Of a stretch of DNA of 43,574 bases, positions 1-9,298 are shown piece after piece. The position numbers and the translations under genes were made by a program. The first letter of the stretch is position 1; every line of letters starts with the position of its first letter. Source of the DNA: an uncultured Planctomycetia bacterium. Lineage in GTDB: Bacteria; Omnitrophota; Gorgyraeia; 2-02-FULL-51-18. The stretch covers positions 1 through 43,574 of the forward strand of contig CAZCDB010000004.1 in NCBI GenBank assembly GCA_964497635.1. Direction: 5' to 3'. Below the pieces are notes generated by a model. That model did no database searches, was not told the origin of the DNA, and saw nothing but the letters and a program-made list of their open reading frames with translations.

Positions 1-3000
1 CCAACCGCGCGCCGCTGACAGACGCGTCTACAAGAGCGGTAAATCTTTCTTTTGTCATCTGCTCTGATGAAAGCCCATCGAGGGTTTCTACCTCATTTAG
101 AATCTTTTGAAGAATAGTCGCGGCGCCTTCTCCCGTAGACGATTGGATCAGATGTTTTGAAACAATCGCTCGGCGATCAGCCGCATCCAACACAGACGCC
201 ACAAAACGACCATCCCCGCTTTGAGCATCAGTCCCCAGAAAATCAACAGCGATGATAAAACTTCTCTTTGGACTCTCAATACCCAAAGACCGAGTAATCG
301 CTTGAGCCGTGCGGCGGCTGCCTAAACGCGCCTTAAGATCTGCCAATTGGGCTTGTATGGCAAGAACTGTCGGTCTTGGCACCACAGTCCCGGAATCTTT
401 AAGAGCTCCAAGAAGATCGTCGTTTGTGGGCCCCAAAAGTCCTTCCAATATATCGGAGACATCGGCAAATGCCTTTTGTTGAACACTCAAAGGTTTTGCG
501 CGGTCATAGGGCAAGGCTCTGGATTCTAAAATAGTAAGATACCCAAATTGCGCGGTCTCGTCTTTTTTAAGCTCGAACATCCCATCACGTTGGTAAGGAA
601 TCATTTTTTCTTCCCTCAAGTCCAACATGTACAAAGTGTATGGCGCCCGCGAAAACAAAACCTTTGAATCACCATTGGGCTGCTGCTCTGAAATAAATTG
701 TACGATTTGCACATAAATTTTCTGCTGGGTGGAATAAACAGTCACTAGCTTATCCTTATCCACTTGCGCGGTAAAAATGTAATCATCGCCATTCGGAGAC
801 GTTTCCCATTGCTCCAAAGGCAAGGAATCCAAAACCTTGACGCCATTGTTGCTCTTTTTTTGTAATGAAGCTAGCACGCCCTGATGATGACGAATAAAAC
901 CGAACGGCTCGGTAAATGGGATTCTGGAAGAATCAGGCGCTGTGGCTCGACCCAAATAAAAACCACCGCCTGCCAAAGCCAACCCTGTGGCCAAAAAGCC
1001 CCTTCGCTTTACTACCCCAGAAACGAGGCGTTCCTCAATGGACCGAGTATCCCTACTAGTTGTGCTAGATAGTCGTGCGGCCCCAAACCTGACCGCAAAA
1101 TATCCCTCATTGTTTATATTGTCGACCAACATCGTGGCTTGAGATTTAGGAGGCTCCAAGACCTTGGGTTTCAGCGAAGGAAAAATCGTGGCCCTTTGGA
1201 GAGCCGCCGTAATTTCAGGTTTGTTTGCGCCATTCAAAAGAATTACATTAAAACTTTGTGAGCCCATAGATAGGAATAAAATGGCCACAGGACTCTTCTT
1301 GTCCAAAAGCACTCGAGCTTTTAATCCTGAGGCAGGCACGCTAAAACCATTAATGTACCTAGAAACAAGCTCGCTAAAACTACTACGAGTGGGGATATCC
1401 TGCAGATCAATCGTCCGTACCAAAAAGGCTCGCGCTGAGGTTAAATCAGGATTTTGCAATTGACGCTGAGCAACCGTTTTAAAACTCAACCGCGCGCCGC
1501 TGATTTTTACAGTTCCGGTAATATTTTCAAATAGAAACTCAACTTCTTGGTTGGCGCTGTAGCCTCCGACGGATTTATTTAGGACCACTCTAAAATAAGT
1601 GGGCTTGCCGTCCGACTTATTTTTGCCAACAGCAGTTACCTGTCCTGAATAAGTTTCGCCTTGATAGTCGAAAGATATGATTCTGTCTGGCACCAATCCT
1701 TGCCGGACAATTCTGTCATTCTCTGCAATCTGATCAGGCTTGGGATCATCTCTGTCAGGCTCAGGTTGTGGCTGAACAGGCGGTATTGTCGGAGAGCTTC
1801 CGACCTTGCGCACCAGGATAGGCTCACCAAATACAATCTCCCTAAATTGGGCGCGTGCCCCGTTTGGATTCCGATCATTTACAACGGTAAAAGACCCCGA
1901 AGAAACAGACGCACCGACCGACTGAACTCCGGTAATCCGCCCTACAAACAGTCTTCTATCAGTGGTCCTATTATTAATGTAGTAGCCTGGCGCAAATGTA
2001 AACTGAACCTCCACATCGCTTTTTCCGACAGCTGATTGGATTAGCGCAACGACAGCTTCCAAGCGTTGAATTTGTGTATCTTGAGGCAATTTCTCTGTGT
2101 GCCCACCCACCACTTGAAGCACAAGGCCTCTATTTAGATTTGTATACGGATCGGGCACGATTTTTCCATGAACGATCTGTGAGCCGTATTTTACATTGAC
2201 CCACTGACCCTCAAGCTTCGCCAGATCCGACTCCGAGGCTGTGTAGTAAATTTTTGTTTCAGAGGTCGGGGGTGGCGGCGGATCCACAGGAGTGGGTTTT
2301 TTAAAATCCGGATTAGGGCTTCCCAAAAAGTCCGTTAATGTAAAAACATTTCCATTATTAAGCAAGCGCAGGGTTGTAGAGGTCATCGAAACCACTTGCC
2401 CGCTTGCAGAATAAGCCTTAAGAGCCTTCATCTGCTCTTCGGTTAAGCCGATAGGCCCTCCCAACAGTCTTCCAAGACCCGGTACAAAATTAAAGCTGGC
2501 AAACTTTCTGGAACCCAGAGGACCCACCGGCTGATAAGTCAAAATCATGCCACGACGGTTTTGGGCGAATCTTACGATACTAAAAATCGGAATAGTCACC
2601 TTGGTGATAGACCCATATTTCATGAGGGTGACATGATCGCGATCAAGCGCATGAAGAATGCCGTTGGTATAATAATATTTACCATCGGATGCCACCCAAA
2701 TCAATCCAAGAGTATTGGTCGTGTAGGGCTTTAGAGCCTGGAAATTTTCAAAAGTTGGCCTCGCAAAAGGTTGAGTCGTAACGACCGAAGTATCCGCTGC
2801 TTGCAACTCTTGAATCTGGACGTCCGCCTGAGCTCTTTCTCTGCTTAGAGTTTCCAGGGAATTGGCAATCACTCGGTCAAGGGGGATAAGCACAACCTGA
2901 TCCCCGGAGCTCTGTGTTCCCTGAAAAGTGTCACTGCTAAGATCAAAACGATCCACCCGCCCCACAAATGGACTCGCTATGCCACGCTTTTGATACTCTA

Positions 3001-6000
3001 GAACCACTTCGGTGCCCGTCTTCATAGCACCGACAAGTTCCTGTCTTAATTGATCCAAATTCAGCATCTGACGGGTAATCACATCGAAAGTGATCTTGAT
3101 TTTTGCGCCTTCCGAGGTTCTCAGCTGGATTGAATTTTGATCGACGGCCTCCACACGACCTTGAACTCTCTGCTCCTGCTTTTGTTTTTTGACGGTAACC
3201 GTCCGCCAAAGAACCAGCTCGGCCCCACTCTTTTTAAACAATTCAAAATTTTTCTGAGTCGGGTCCGCATACACCTGAGAAAGAAGCTCTTCATCAGTTC
3301 TATTGTTATCTTGCACAGTTAGCGCTTGGGTCTGAACACTCCGCTGACTCACAGGCTTTTCTTCTATCTCTCTTCCCGGATCCTGCCCAAATAAGCTAGC
3401 CCCAGACGTCACCGCCACTGCCGCTGCTGCAGCAGTAAAACTCCCACTCCAGCGACGAAGTCTATTGGATAAACCTTTCCCGAAAATACTCTCGAGTAAA
3501 ATTGTAAAATCGGATAGTTGAAAGTCATTCCCTTTCAACTTTGAACTTTCACCTTTCAACTCAGGATCCGCCAACCGTGCGGCGCTATCCGGAACCGTTT
3601 CCTTGGCACCCTTTGATTCTGGCTCCACCAAGCGCAAAGCCGCAATCGCATTGTCAATAGAGGCTTTGGCTCTCAGATAAATATCCGCAAGACCCTGCAC
3701 ATCTTCTCTTTGTTGTCCCCCAAGGCTCTGTGCAAATCCAGAAAGACCGACTTGGGTGATGGCGACTTCATTTTCTATGCGGGAAAGAATCCTGAAAGCA
3801 GAGCTATAAGCTTCAGTAGAAAATCCTGCAGAAAAAGACCTTGCACCAGCCTGAAGTCGCTCCAGATAACTACCGGTCAATTCATTTAGTGACGCCTGAG
3901 AACCATCGCTTGGCAAGGTATACCCTTGGCCTACTTCTTTGGAGGCTGTGAGCTCCTTTTGAGCTTCTACAAGGTGCCTATAAAAATCGTCCCTGGCAGT
4001 AAGCGCTTGTGCAGACGCCAACCGTGCGCCAGCCAAACCGTTGCCGTCTTGATTCATTGCCCAAGGCTTTCCCAACCGCCTTACATTCAGCCATTTAACG
4101 AGAGTCGCCAAAGGACGGCTATCAGTATATGCATGTAATTTAGTCTCAACGCTTTGAAGCGTTCCATCAGAGTTAATGGTTATCGTTAGATCATCGAACT
4201 CACTTCGACCAATCTGATAAGTAAGAACTTGGCCGACCGGTTCGTCCCTAAGATAAATTTCAATCTCTTCGTTTCCATAAAATTTAAAGTTTGCGCTTCT
4301 CACAACCCCTGATGCTGTATTGGATCCTTTTATCTCAAGGGGTACGATGCTGGAATTCATCAAAACAATAGTCCCCTTGTGCTCACCTTCGTTTCTCTGC
4401 AAATCAACTATCGGCTGGACATATCGAATCGATTCATCGCGGGGAAGCAAGGTATCCAATGTCCTCCGAAGTGTATCGGGCCCTTCTGCTGAGCCGGACA
4501 GATAGGTTATGGGCTGGGTCTTATCCAAAAAGCTTATGTTCAATGTCAATGTCCACATGACTCCCGTATCAGTCATTTCCGCGCCAACAGCGCGAACAGT
4601 CTCGTTGATCAGCTCTTCACGAGAAAGGGGTTTTGCCAACCGTGCGGCATGGGATACTCGCATCTCCACTGCTTCCTGCATTGCGACTGCCATGGCCAAG
4701 GAACTGCTGGCTCCCGCAAACATGGCTTGAGGCAAATTCTCAGTGCTTAAAGGCCTCCCCTCCACATCGGTAGGATTCAGCTGAACGTAAAATCGGACCT
4801 TGGGCTCGGTGCCAGAAGGTCTGGCGGTGACATAGTCATTGCCATCGATCCCTTTGGGACCAAAATAAAATCGGACACCCTCCTCAGGAAAAAAGTTTAA
4901 AAGACCCTCGGGATTATCACGCCACCGTGGCTCGTTTAACAATGCTTTCAAATCTTCATAATACTTATCGACCGGAAAATGCTCCGAAAACTCAGGGTCC
5001 GTATTCTTCTGATCAACTGGGATCATAACTTGGACACCGGTAACTTTTTTCTTAACTACTTCGCCATTTTCAAGCACATCTAAAAATATTTCACGCCCTT
5101 TAGCAAAATCCCTGGCCATTTCCAAAATAGCTTTGATCCACGTGTATTTTTCGATGGTCCCTGCCGGGCCATTATCAAAAGTTTTGGGTTGATTGGTATC
5201 CGGAAAAAGTCCTATCTCCTGCTCAAGATACATGTCTTTAACCAGATATTCATGCAGTGTCATGCCCTTTTCCTTGGCATAGGCGAGTACTTCCAAAAGA
5301 AGGAAGGAGGCCATCGGACCGTCTTTGTCCAGCGTATGACCCATATTGCCCATTTGGTGAGGAATGAAACCAAAAGTGGGATCCCCATGCGCCGAACCAG
5401 GCGTTTCCACGGCCAAGCTCCTTAAAGGAGTCCAAAACTCGTCGTGGGACGCGGTGCGTTTTGCGGCATAGGCCCTGGAAAGCTTGAATCCGCCATCGGC
5501 TCTTTCCAAAACCCCTTCCTCTGATAAAAACTCAAGGGTATCTCTGAGCGATTGTGCGGAGTAATGATAATATTTTGCGACCTCCGTGGTCAAAAGACCG
5601 CTGACTTTGTTGTTGGCAACGATTTGATCTCCTGAAATCCTCAGGTTAAGCCCGTCGATCTTTTGAAACTGACTCATGATCAGGTAAAACGGCGGCGGCG
5701 CTCCCATATAACTAAATCCGCCGCTTTCCTCAGCCATAGACAAAACCACTTTCCCTTCTTCCCAGGCTCGCTTGCCTTTCTCGGCAAGCAGTGAAAATCC
5801 GACATAGGTGTTATCGATTTCCACTTGAACGCCTCTTTTTTTCCCATAATTTACCAAAGCTTTTAAGGCATCCGTAGTGACATGGCTTTTGATGATCACG
5901 AAAGGCGTGTCTTTCTCTATCGATCCAGCGGCTATTTTTTCGGCAAAACGGTCTATGCGGTATTTTGTGATCAAAGTCCATTTATCATTGGCGGACAATA

Positions 6001-9000
6001 AGCGCAGACCGCTAAAGCCCAGGCGCTTTGCCGCTTCTGGATCCCCAGCCGCATATGAAATAAGAAGCGCCCGCCGCTGAGCCTCCTCTTTAGGCAAAAA
6101 TTCTTCCGGTATGGGCACGCTCGCTCCGGCACGATCCGCATCAGGATCCGTTCCTATCTGAACGTCTATGCCTCCGAGAGCTTCGACAGGATCATTGTTT
6201 GTATCCTGAATATGCTGCTGGATTGCCATCTCGACAGCGTCCGCGTTTCCCTTTGAACTGCCTGGATCCGGGATCTGGGGGTTGCCTTCTGCGTCCAGCT
6301 GATTGGAAAAGATGGGAAACCGTCCGTCCATCCGGGCTACTTCCTTCGCGATCTTGACATTCTCATCTTTAAAACCCAATTCTTTCAAAACTCGAGTGAA
6401 TACCCGTAGACCAACCCCATAAAAAGGCATGTATAAAAGCTTGATATTGGGTGCCTGGCGACGAACCAGATCTAGATCCGCAAATTGGTTGAGAACGTGC
6501 TTCACATAAATGGAAATAATATCTATTTGGGCAGGGGTCTTGGCGTCTCCGGCATTATTTTTTTCTCCCAGAATAGTCACCTGTCTGGGGCTGCCCTCAG
6601 AAAATTGCCTCACCAAGGGTCCGCGATAAATATTTTGTTTTAACGTCTCCGGGGTATATGCGTCGGATTCAACTTGCGCAGAAGCACTGAGCACCTCTTC
6701 AATATCATTCAGTTCCACGGGAGGGACATAATCTTTCGCACCCACAGCCCCTTTCCCATAAGTGTGTTCAATGACCCCATTACGCTCATTAGGACCTAGC
6801 TGAGCGCCGTCCCCTCCAAAAACCTTAAAACCTCCGTACCGGTAATCATTGTGAGAAGCGCTCAGAAGTATCCCCACGTGCGACTTCACGTAAGCGGCAC
6901 CAAAAGAAAGGACCGGTGTCGGGGAGGCTTGGTCAAAAAGATAGACATTAAAACCATTTCGGATGAATACAGCCGCAACAGCATCAGCAAACGCCGGATT
7001 TTGAATACGGCTGTCATAAGCCAGCGTCATCACGGGAGGCCGCCCTTGTTTTTCAGCGACCTTCTTGTAGTAACGGGCCGTGCCTTCCGCCAGCCTCATA
7101 AAAGTAATGCTGTTGATGGTCTTCGGCCCTTTCAGGATTTCAGCTTGAAATCCTTTTTCTAGCAACTCATTGGCTTCTTCCATATTAAAAACAGTGAACT
7201 GCCTAGGGCCGGCCGTTCCAAAAACCACCTTACTGCTGTGAGCGGCGGTGATATGGCCAAAACGTTGTTGAGCGAGAGCCTTCAACAGACCTAACTTCGT
7301 GTATTTGTCAATAGCAGGGCTCTGAAGCCAGTCCATCACGCTTTTGACGGTAACACTCACAATGCTATCACTAAGTTTCTTTCCCTTTCTTTTTTCATCT
7401 TCAACATATTTGCCAACACCAACCTGCAAGCGAGTCCGAATCCTCTTTTGTTGATTGTCGATAAGTCCATTCAACCTCTGTTCGGAGATAAAAGAATTTA
7501 TATTTTTTCCAAGAAGGTAATAAGATGCCAACCGCGCGCCGGTAGGATCCTCTTTGGAGAGCCGTGCGGCCGCCAAAATAAATTGCTCACCACGTACAAC
7601 ACCAGCTTGATTGGCTAAATTTTCAACCGCCTCGGGACGAAGAGCCAAAGCAAGAGCCCTCTGCCCATCCACTCCGGCCTTCAAAGCGCGGCCTTGCACC
7701 GTTTGCACTATTTTGATTTGTTTGGCGAGGGGTGAAAGAAGCACTTTTTCATACTTGGCTTGATTGGTCTCGGAGGTGACATTGGGGGCCACCACCACAT
7801 ACGAATAACCCTTTTCCCTTAAGAGCTTGGCCAAATGACGGGTGTGGTAGCCGCCGGCGATAAGAGCAGCTATTTTTTTGTTCTTCATCACCTTCTCTAC
7901 ATTTTTTATAAAAGCAAAATCTCGCTCATCCACCACCCGATAAAACTTCTCAAGTACCTGGCGGCCTTCTTCGAGATGCCTTTCAAGCGGGATAAAGCTC
8001 TCCGTCAATCCTTCATCAAAAAGAGCTTTATTTAGGAGAGCTTGCCAAGAAATGGTGGGAAAATCGGGGGTATTTTCTAAAAAAGAAGCAAATTCATCTG
8101 AGGTCATCTGGATCCGATAGGCGGTCTCAAGAAGTGAGAGGTAGCGATCTACGGCGTGCAAAGTGTGCGCCTGGGTATGATCCAAGAGTTGGGTATAAAC
8201 CATCTGCTCAAGCTTCTTGGACTCTTCTAAAAGCTTCTCCATATCAAGCTTTGAAAACTTTTCAAGATAGACAAAATAATTTTGAAATTGCGGAGTTGCT
8301 GAAAGACTTAAACCGTGTGCTTTGGCAGCCTCCGCGATCTTTTTAAAATAAGCCAGCTGTCCCACTCCCTTTTGCTTGGGCTGGAGAGCCAATTCCTTGG
8401 CAAGATTCCCAGAGTCTTTGGCACCGACTTTTTCAACCAAAGAAGCAAGCTCAAGCTGAGCTAGGGAGAAATCAATTTTTTTCTCTTCGGCCAAAAGAGC
8501 GGAGAGCCTTGTGATTTCTTTAAAATCAGAAAATTCGATCCCCTGCCCCTGAGCCAACTGAGCCAGTTTTTCAGGCGAGCTGATGCGCCCGGACGCTTTT
8601 TCATAAGCAAGTAAAGCGTGGGGATAATGTCTTTTTTTAAGCTGTTCGACGGCCGCTCGTGAGCTGACTAAATAATTCAAAATAGTTTCGCGCTTCTGCG
8701 CCAAATCCGCATAGGCCAGAAGACCCTTTGAATACAGATCGAGATCTTCAATGCCGGTAAGCTTCATGTCTCGTGAGGAGGTAAGATTGAGATACTCTTC
8801 TCCCGAGATCTGGGCTTCACGTAGAAAGCGCCCAGCGACTCGTTTGATAACAGAGGCGTCCGCAAGCTCTCTTAAGGGAGTCAGGGTGACATCCCCCTCA
8901 CCACCCTCCACAAACACGTCGGAAAACTGATAACGATCCATCAAGGCATCCAGCGTCTTGGCCAGATTTTCCTGCCCCGAAAGATTGGCGTGCGCGTCCT

Positions 9001-9265
9001 GAATCAGAACCACCAAAGGTGCGGGGACTCCGCCACGCATGGGCGCTTGATAACCCTCTTTGTACTGACTAAATTGAGTGGGGACTTGAAAGGAAGAAAG
9101 ATCAAGAGCATTCAAGGTCTTTTGAGATGCTCCGGACGCAGGAAAACCCGAAAGAGAGGCCGCGTGAAGAATATCGGAAGAAAGAAAGGAGCAGAGGAGG
9201 AAGAAAGTAAGAGGTTTAACAAAGCCTACTTGAAAGACTCGCTTCCAATCCGTATTCTTGTTCAT
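1..9265 (-). CDS. Giant multidomain exported/membrane-associated protein 'A', 3'-truncated by the window edge (>=3088 codons visible). Absent from the supplied ORF track because no stop is reached.
   Basis: ATG at 9263-9265 is preceded by GAGGGCGAGGAA. Manual translation of this minus-strand frame runs to position 1 without a stop. None of the supplied minus-strand ORFs in 1..9265 (1636..1878, 2943..3209, 5250..5435) lies in this frame. The N-terminus MNKNTDWKRVFQVGFVKPLTFFLLCSFLSSDILHA|A is signal-peptide-like. The first ~535 aa are paralogous to ORF B. Confidence 0.85.
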   Translation of the reverse strand, partial: MNKNTDWKRVFQVGFVKPLTFFLLCSFLSSDILHAASLSGFPASGASQKTLNALDLSSFQVPTQFSQYKEGYQAPMRGGVPAPLVVLIQDAHANLSGQENLAKTLDALMDRYQFSDVFVEGGEGDVTLTPLRELADASVIKRVAGRFLREAQISGEEYLNLTSSRDMKLTGIEDLDLYSKGLLAYADLAQKRETILNYLVSSRAAVEQLKKRHYPHALLAYEKASGRISSPEKLAQLAQGQGIEFSDFKEITRLSALLAEEKKIDFSLAQLELASLVEKVGAKDSGNLAKELALQPKQKGVGQLAYFKKIAEAAKAHGLSLSATPQFQNYFVYLEKFSKLDMEKLLEESKKLEQMVYTQLLDHTQAHTLHAVDRYLSLLETAYRIQMTSDEFASFLENTPDFPTISWQALLNKALFDEGLTESFIPLERHLEEGRQVLEKFYRVVDERDFAFIKNVEKVMKNKKIAALIAGGYHTRHLAKLLREKGYSYVVVAPNVTSETNQAKYEKVLLSPLAKQIKIVQTVQGRALKAGVDGQRALALALRPEAVENLANQAGVVRGEQFILAAARLSKEDPTGARLASYYLLGKNINSFISEQRLNGLIDNQQKRIRTRLQVGVGKYVEDEKRKGKKLSDSIVSVTVKSVMDWLQSPAIDKYTKLGLLKALAQQRFGHITAAHSSKVVFGTAGPRQFTVFNMEEANELLEKGFQAEILKGPKTINSITFMRLAEGTARYYKKVAEKQGRPPVMTLAYDSRIQNPAFADAVAAVFIRNGFNVYLFDQASPTPVLSFGAAYVKSHVGILLSASHNDYRYGGFKVFGGDGAQLGPNERNGVIEHTYGKGAVGAKDYVPPVELNDIEEVLSASAQVESDAYTPETLKQNIYRGPLVRQFSEGSPRQVTILGEKNNAGDAKTPAQIDIISIYVKHVLNQFADLDLVRRQAPNIKLLYMPFYGVGLRVFTRVLKELGFKDENVKIAKEVARMDGRFPIFSNQLDAEGNPQIPDPGSSKGNADAVEMAIQQHIQDTNNDPVEALGGIDVQIGTDPDADRAGASVPIPEEFLPKEEAQRRALLISYAAGDPEAAKRLGFSGLRLLSANDKWTLITKYRIDRFAEKIAAGSIEKDTPFVIIKSHVTTDALKALVNYGKKRGVQVEIDNTYVGFSLLAEKGKRAWEEGKVVLSMAEESGGFSYMGAPPPFYLIMSQFQKIDGLNLRISGDQIVANNKVSGLLTTEVAKYYHYSAQSLRDTLEFLSEEGVLERADGGFKLSRAYAAKRTASHDEFWTPLRSLAVETPGSAHGDPTFGFIPHQMGNMGHTLDKDGPMASFLLLEVLAYAKEKGMTLHEYLVKDMYLEQEIGLFPDTNQPKTFDNGPAGTIEKYTWIKAILEMARDFAKGREIFLDVLENGEVVKKKVTGVQVMIPVDQKNTDPEFSEHFPVDKYYEDLKALLNEPRWRDNPEGLLNFFPEEGVRFYFGPKGIDGNDYVTARPSGTEPKVRFYVQLNPTDVEGRPLSTENLPQAMFAGASSSLAMAVAMQEAVEMRVSHAARLAKPLSREELINETVRAVGAEMTDTGVMWTLTLNISFLDKTQPITYLSGSAEGPDTLRRTLDTLLPRDESIRYVQPIVDLQRNEGEHKGTIVLMNSSIVPLEIKGSNTASGVVRSANFKFYGNEEIEIYLRDEPVGQVLTYQIGRSEFDDLTITINSDGTLQSVETKLHAYTDSRPLATLVKWLNVRRLGKPWAMNQDGNGLAGARLASAQALTARDDFYRHLVEAQKELTASKEVGQGYTLPSDGSQASLNELTGSYLERLQAGARSFSAGFSTEAYSSAFRILSRIENEVAITQVGLSGFAQSLGGQQREDVQGLADIYLRAKASIDNAIAALRLVEPESKGAKETVPDSAARLADPELKGESSKLKGNDFQLSDFTILLESIFGKGLSNRLRRWSGSFTAAAAAVAVTSGASLFGQDPGREIEEKPVSQRSVQTQALTVQDNNRTDEELLSQVYADPTQKNFELFKKSGAELVLWRTVTVKKQKQEQRVQGRVEAVDQNSIQLRTSEGAKIKITFDVITRQMLNLDQLRQELVGAMKTGTEVVLEYQKRGIASPFVGRVDRFDLSSDTFQGTQSSGDQVVLIPLDRVIANSLETLSRERAQADVQIQELQAADTSVVTTQPFARPTFENFQALKPYTTNTLGLIWVASDGKYYYTNGILHALDRDHVTLMKYGSITKVTIPIFSIVRFAQNRRGMILTYQPVGPLGSRKFASFNFVPGLGRLLGGPIGLTEEQMKALKAYSASGQVVSMTSTTLRLLNNGNVFTLTDFLGSPNPDFKKPTPVDPPPPPTSETKIYYTASESDLAKLEGQWVNVKYGSQIVHGKIVPDPYTNLNRGLVLQVVGGHTEKLPQDTQIQRLEAVVALIQSAVGKSDVEVQFTFAPGYYINNRTTDRRLFVGRITGVQSVGASVSSGSFTVVNDRNPNGARAQFREIVFGEPILVRKVGSSPTIPPVQPQPEPDRDDPKPDQIAENDRIVRQGLVPDRIISFDYQGETYSGQVTAVGKNKSDGKPTYFRVVLNKSVGGYSANQEVEFLFENITGTVKISGARLSFKTVAQRQLQNPDLTSARAFLVRTIDLQDIPTRSSFSELVSRYINGFSVPASGLKARVLLDKKSPVAILFLSMGSQSFNVILLNGANKPEITAALQRATIFPSLKPKVLEPPKSQATMLVDNINNEGYFAVRFGAARLSSTTSRDTRSIEERLVSGVVKRRGFLATGLALAGGGFYLGRATAPDSSRIPFTEPFGFIRHHQGVLASLQKKSNNGVKVLDSLPLEQWETSPNGDDYIFTAQVDKDKLVTVYSTQQKIYVQIVQFISEQQPNGDSKVLFSRAPYTLYMLDLREEKMIPYQRDGMFELKKDETAQFGYLTILESRALPYDRAKPLSVQQKAFADVSDILEGLLGPTNDDLLGALKDSGTVVPRPTVLAIQAQLADLKARLGSRRTAQAITRSLGIESPKRSFIIAVDFLGTDAQSGDGRFVASVLDAADRRAIVSKHLIQSSTGEGAATILQKILNEVETLDGLSSEQMTKERFTALVDASVSGARL
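2..13 (-). other. [AG]ARL[AS] boundary motif, copy A8 (GARL, cut by window edge)
   Basis: The minus strand reads ggc gcg cgg ttg g.., in frame with ATG 9265 (residues 3085-3088). Confidence 0.8.
1067..1081 (-). other. [AG]ARL[AS] boundary motif, copy A7 (AARLS)
   Basis: gcc gca cga cta tct, in frame (residues 2729-2733). Context FGAARLSSTT. Confidence 0.8.
1484..1498 (-). other. [AG]ARL[AS] boundary motif, copy A6 (GARLS)
   Basis: ggc gcg cgg ttg agt, in frame (residues 2590-2594). Context KISGARLSFK. Confidence 0.8.
1511..3298 (-). other. Region of loosely repeated small beta-rich (SH3/Tudor-like by pattern) units inside ORF A
   Basis: About six recurring segments of the type GRVEAVDQNSIQLRTSEGAKIKITFDVI, GKIVPDPYTNLNRGLVLQVVGGHTEKL and GQVTAVGKNKSDGKPTYFRVVLNK. 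This is similarity by eye only. Confidence 0.3.
3569..3583 (-). other. [AG]ARL[AS] boundary motif, copy A5 (AARLA)
   Basis: gcc gca cgg ttg gcg, in frame (residues 1895-1899). Context PDSAARLADPE. Confidence 0.8.
4016..4030 (-). other. [AG]ARL[AS] boundary motif, copy A4 (GARLA)
   Basis: ggc gca cgg ttg gcg, in frame (residues 1746-1750). Context GLAGARLASAQ. Confidence 0.8.
4634..4648 (-). other. [AG]ARL[AS] boundary motif, copy A3 (AARLA)
   Basis: gcc gca cgg ttg gca, in frame (residues 1540-1544). Context VSHAARLAKPL, directly after the phosphohexomutase-like module. Confidence 0.8.
4773..7228 (-). other. alpha-D-phosphohexomutase (PGM/PMM)-like module inside ORF A
   Basis: Family signatures are all present and in canonical order. 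Phosphoserine loop SASHNDYRYGGFKVF (Ser codon 6854-6856). Metal loop GTDPDADR (~6129-6155). MAEESGG. Phosphate-binding loop ARPSGTEPKVRFY (~4788-4826). Confidence 0.8.
7526..7540 (-). other. [AG]ARL[AS] boundary motif, copy A2 (GARLA)
   Basis: ggc gcg cgg ttg gca, in frame (residues 576-580). Confidence 0.8.
7556..7570 (-). other. [AG]ARL[AS] boundary motif, copy A1 (AARLS)
   Basis: gcc gca cgg ctc tcc, in frame (residues 566-570). It sits at the position equivalent to copy B1 in the paralogue. Confidence 0.8.
7661..9097 (-). repeat. Paralogous N-terminal domain, copy in ORF A (partner 15272..16708)
   Basis: Colinear with ORF B residues ~58-536. Long identical runs include LIQDAHANLSGQENLAKTL, YQFSDVFVEGG, KKIDFSLAQLELASLVEK, LSLLETAYRIQMTSDEF and ALIAGGYHTRHLAKLL. 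By eye roughly two-thirds of residues are identical (not computed). The similarity is visible at DNA level too. Confidence 0.9.
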
Positions 9266-9298
9266 TTCCTCGCCCTCTCTCTTTTTCTTCTTAAGTTT

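Noticed and set aside
1-7573. The recurring DNA string CCAACCG[CT]GCG[CG]C on the plus strand, considered as a possible REP, CRISPR-like or recombination repeat.
   Set aside because: It is always in the coding frame of ORF A and encodes [AG]ARL[AS]. The same peptide in ORF B and in copy A7 is spelled with different codons. The spacing is irregular and there is no flanking repeat-spacer structure. It is a peptide motif, reported as a finding, and not a DNA element.
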